Source of the DNA: Ostrea edulis
Lineage: Eukaryota
Reading direction: 5' to 3'
Assembly: GCF_947568905.1 (NCBI RefSeq)
Contig: NC_079172.1
Location: 31,372,001 to 31,436,000, forward strand
Length of the DNA: 64,000 nucleotides
Under the pieces are notes generated by a model, which was not told the DNA's origin, did not search any database, and saw only the letters and a list, made by a program, of their open reading frames with translations. Within the stretch, counting starts at the first letter, position 1. Each line of letters opens with the position of its first letter. Of the stretch, positions 63,367-64,000 are shown piece after piece. The position numbers were made by a program, and so were the translations under genes.

Positions 63367-64000
63367 GACTAAAGCTTGCTATTAAATTTCTACCATTTCA
63401 GTACTGCTATGTACAATCAATAGCAAACTGATACAGATTTTTTTTCTCATTTTTCATTTTGTCCAATTACTCTCTGTTGTACATGAGTAACATTGATAGG
63501 AAGCTTGTACAGCTAACCTAACAAGTCTTAAATCAAAAGTACTGTGCATTGTTCAAGAATAACTAAAAAAATATGTTTTCCAATTTATTAAAATGATATC
63601 GGTATGATACAAAAATCAATCAACAACTATTATGACATTTTTTCAAATCAAAATGTTGTAAAAAAAACCCTGTTTAATTCCTTTTTTTTTGGTGTAAAAA
63701 AACCCTGTGTGATTCTTTTGTTAACAGAGTCTAAAATAAACCTATGATGTCAGAATACTGTGATTCTTATTATACATATCATTTATACAATTTACATTTA
63801 CACTTAAAAACAAATCCAAACTTTTATTTTCACAGAGATCATACAACAGTTTAGCTACCGTGCTTGTTTGCAGTTAATTTCTATAAACAATTTGTCAGCT
63901 AACACGCATTGGGATTTCAAGATACCATCACTGCAAAAGTAATTACTACAATATCATATCTCACATTATACATATGTGTCTGTTCTTACACAATTAATAA

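Overview
AT-rich eukaryotic genomic DNA, most likely a bivalve mollusc (oyster-like, inferred from Helentron-associated elements carrying Cg170/HindIII-type satellite repeats), with two assembly gaps (45618-45778, 52591-52720). Three host genes, all on the minus strand: (1) the 5' coding exon of a long-isoform TSC22D/BunchedA gene (1137 to window edge; absent from the ORF track); (2) a single-coding-exon protein with nine C2H2 zinc fingers (28199-29206); (3) a FARP1/2 RhoGEF whose DH-PH-PH half I reconstructed as 17 phase-consistent GT-AG exons (60091 to 40059). A candidate 37-nt first exon (MACCQK...) would complete a 690-aa FERM-less, possibly palmitoylated isoform. The rest is mostly repeats: decayed CR1/L2 and RTE LINEs, a Penelope-like element with a minimal dimer-type hammerhead motif, tRNA-derived elements, MULE/Tc1/hAT/Kolobok-like MITEs, many (some nested) HINE elements, and several minisatellites that account for most long ORFs in the track. 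No CRISPR array, rRNA or intact tRNA gene is supported.
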